Below, in pieces: positions 63,601-64,000 of a stretch of DNA of 64,000 bases. The number at the start of each line of letters is the position of its first letter. Position 1 is the first letter of the stretch. Under the pieces are notes generated by a model. The model was not told where the DNA came from, ran no database searches, and worked only from the letters and a program-made list of their open reading frames with translations. Source of the stretch: Camelus ferus (taxonomy: Eukaryota); NCBI RefSeq assembly GCF_009834535.1, contig NC_045697.1, forward strand, positions 119,600,001 to 119,664,000, in the 5' to 3' direction. The position numbers were made by a program, and so were the translations under genes.

Positions 63601-64000
63601 GCACAGGTGTTCGAAGGCTGTGGGACGTCGGAAAAATACCTCAAATTTTCATGGGGAGTAACTTGCTGCTTCTACGAAACTCAGCCCAACCCACAGCTTT
63701 ACCTCGCAGTCAGGCCTGTGAAAACAATCACGGATAAGAAAATACTGGTGCTATAATATCCCAGGTGCTGTTCATAGTTGTAGAAACCTCTCCACAACTC
63801 AGGATAGTGGAACACATATTTGTGTATGATGGTTTAGGAAAATACACTCCAGGCATGATACTGGGGGTACAGCTTTTCCCAGGTTTGGAGATGTCGCCTA
63901 ATTACCTCCACTGCCAATAGGGGAGGCACTCTCTACTTCTTCGCTTTCCAGAGCAACTCCCAAATATCCAATGCAGCCCGGCCTAAGAAAACACCTAGAT

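Larger units (their letters stand above)
1..64000 (+). repeat. Tandem satellite DNA array, ~265-bp monomer, head-to-tail in one orientation across the window (~240 monomers)
   Basis: The anchor GCTAATTACC, or its diverged homologue, recurs at ~264, 527, 790, 1056, 1321, 1587, 1851, 2117 and onward at 263-266 bp spacing to the end of the window. Nearly every monomer carries a recognisable version of ...CAGCCC..CCCAG.TTTCCCT.GCAGCCCGG...AAACAC.CAGG...TTCTAT.AGAACC..GGCGCTG...GTTG.AG.AACCTCC. I saw no reverse-complement monomers and no unique sequence. Confidence 0.98.
24165..64000 (+). repeat. Family-II HOR array: canonical 13-mer of ~3446 bp (ACB-AB-ACB-ACB-AB) with 16-mer and 21-mer variants
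   Basis: The M1 marker (ORF echo MLSVGGSSK) starts at 26,104, 29,553, 32,993, 37,229, 40,678, 44,124, 47,570, 51,015, 56,580, ~60,026 and 61,903. Spacings before the gap are 3449, 3440, 4236, 3449, 3446, 3446, 3445, 5565 and ~3446 bp, i.e. 13, 13, 16, 13, 13, 13, 13, 21 and 13 monomers. Confidence 0.95.

Noticed and set aside
559..63756. Numerous 60-180 aa ORFs on both strands (e.g. 12686-13228, 14723-15256, 34892-35419, 43514-44011)
   Set aside because: They overlap in several frames, many use non-ATG starts, and I recognise no domains. They recur only because the DNA repeats, and homologous copies are freely broken by stops and frameshifts.
1..64000. CRISPR array or integron-like cassette array
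   Set aside because: There are no unique spacers or cassettes; the entire 265 bp is homologous between monomers. No cas or integrase gene is present.
1..64000. Tandem 5S rDNA, tRNA or snRNA gene cluster
   Set aside because: I could not recognise a 5S sequence, cloverleaf or A/B-box arrangement, and there is no conserved-gene-plus-variable-spacer pattern.
1..64000. Primate alpha satellite or a ~180-bp monomer (3446 is also ~19 x 181)
   Set aside because: Direct anchor spacing is ~265 bp, and the sequence is not AT-rich or alpha-like. No named family could be assigned without a database search.
1..64000. Short (GT)n/(CA)n runs as microsatellites
   Set aside because: They are only 3-5 units long and are fixed parts of the monomer.

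Overview
The whole 64 kb is one uninterrupted, single-orientation satellite DNA array, most likely eukaryotic heterochromatic or (peri)centromeric. I cannot assign the organism or satellite family from sequence alone. There are no credible genes, RNA genes or transposon insertions; the ORF track only echoes the repeat. The basic monomer is ~265 bp and falls into three classes: A (GGATTC..AACACGGCTTTG..GAAGCCCC..TCCCTGTTAGGGA), B (GGATAAC/GGAAAAC..GTGTGTGATGGAGTAG..TCCCAGGNTGGGA) and C (GGATAACAG..GTCTGAT..GAGATGG..GGTTGTGGGA). Monomers form a 13-mer higher-order repeat (HOR, ~3.45 kb) with class order ACB-AB-ACB-ACB-AB. Two HOR families meet at ~24,160. On the left is family I (~5.6-24.2 kb): a 26-mer of ~6.89 kb plus a recombinant 13-mer. 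On the right is family II (24.2-64 kb): 13-mers with 16-mer and 21-mer variants, grouped into third-level blocks of ~11.1, ~18.0 and ~9.0 kb. Several recombination junctions can be mapped to 8-25 bp by eye. Most of them shift the register by 3, 5, 8 or 13 monomers, the offsets at which the class string best matches itself. A 100-N scaffold gap lies at 60,560-60,659 with indel-rich flanks. All coordinates and class calls were made by eye and are approximate.
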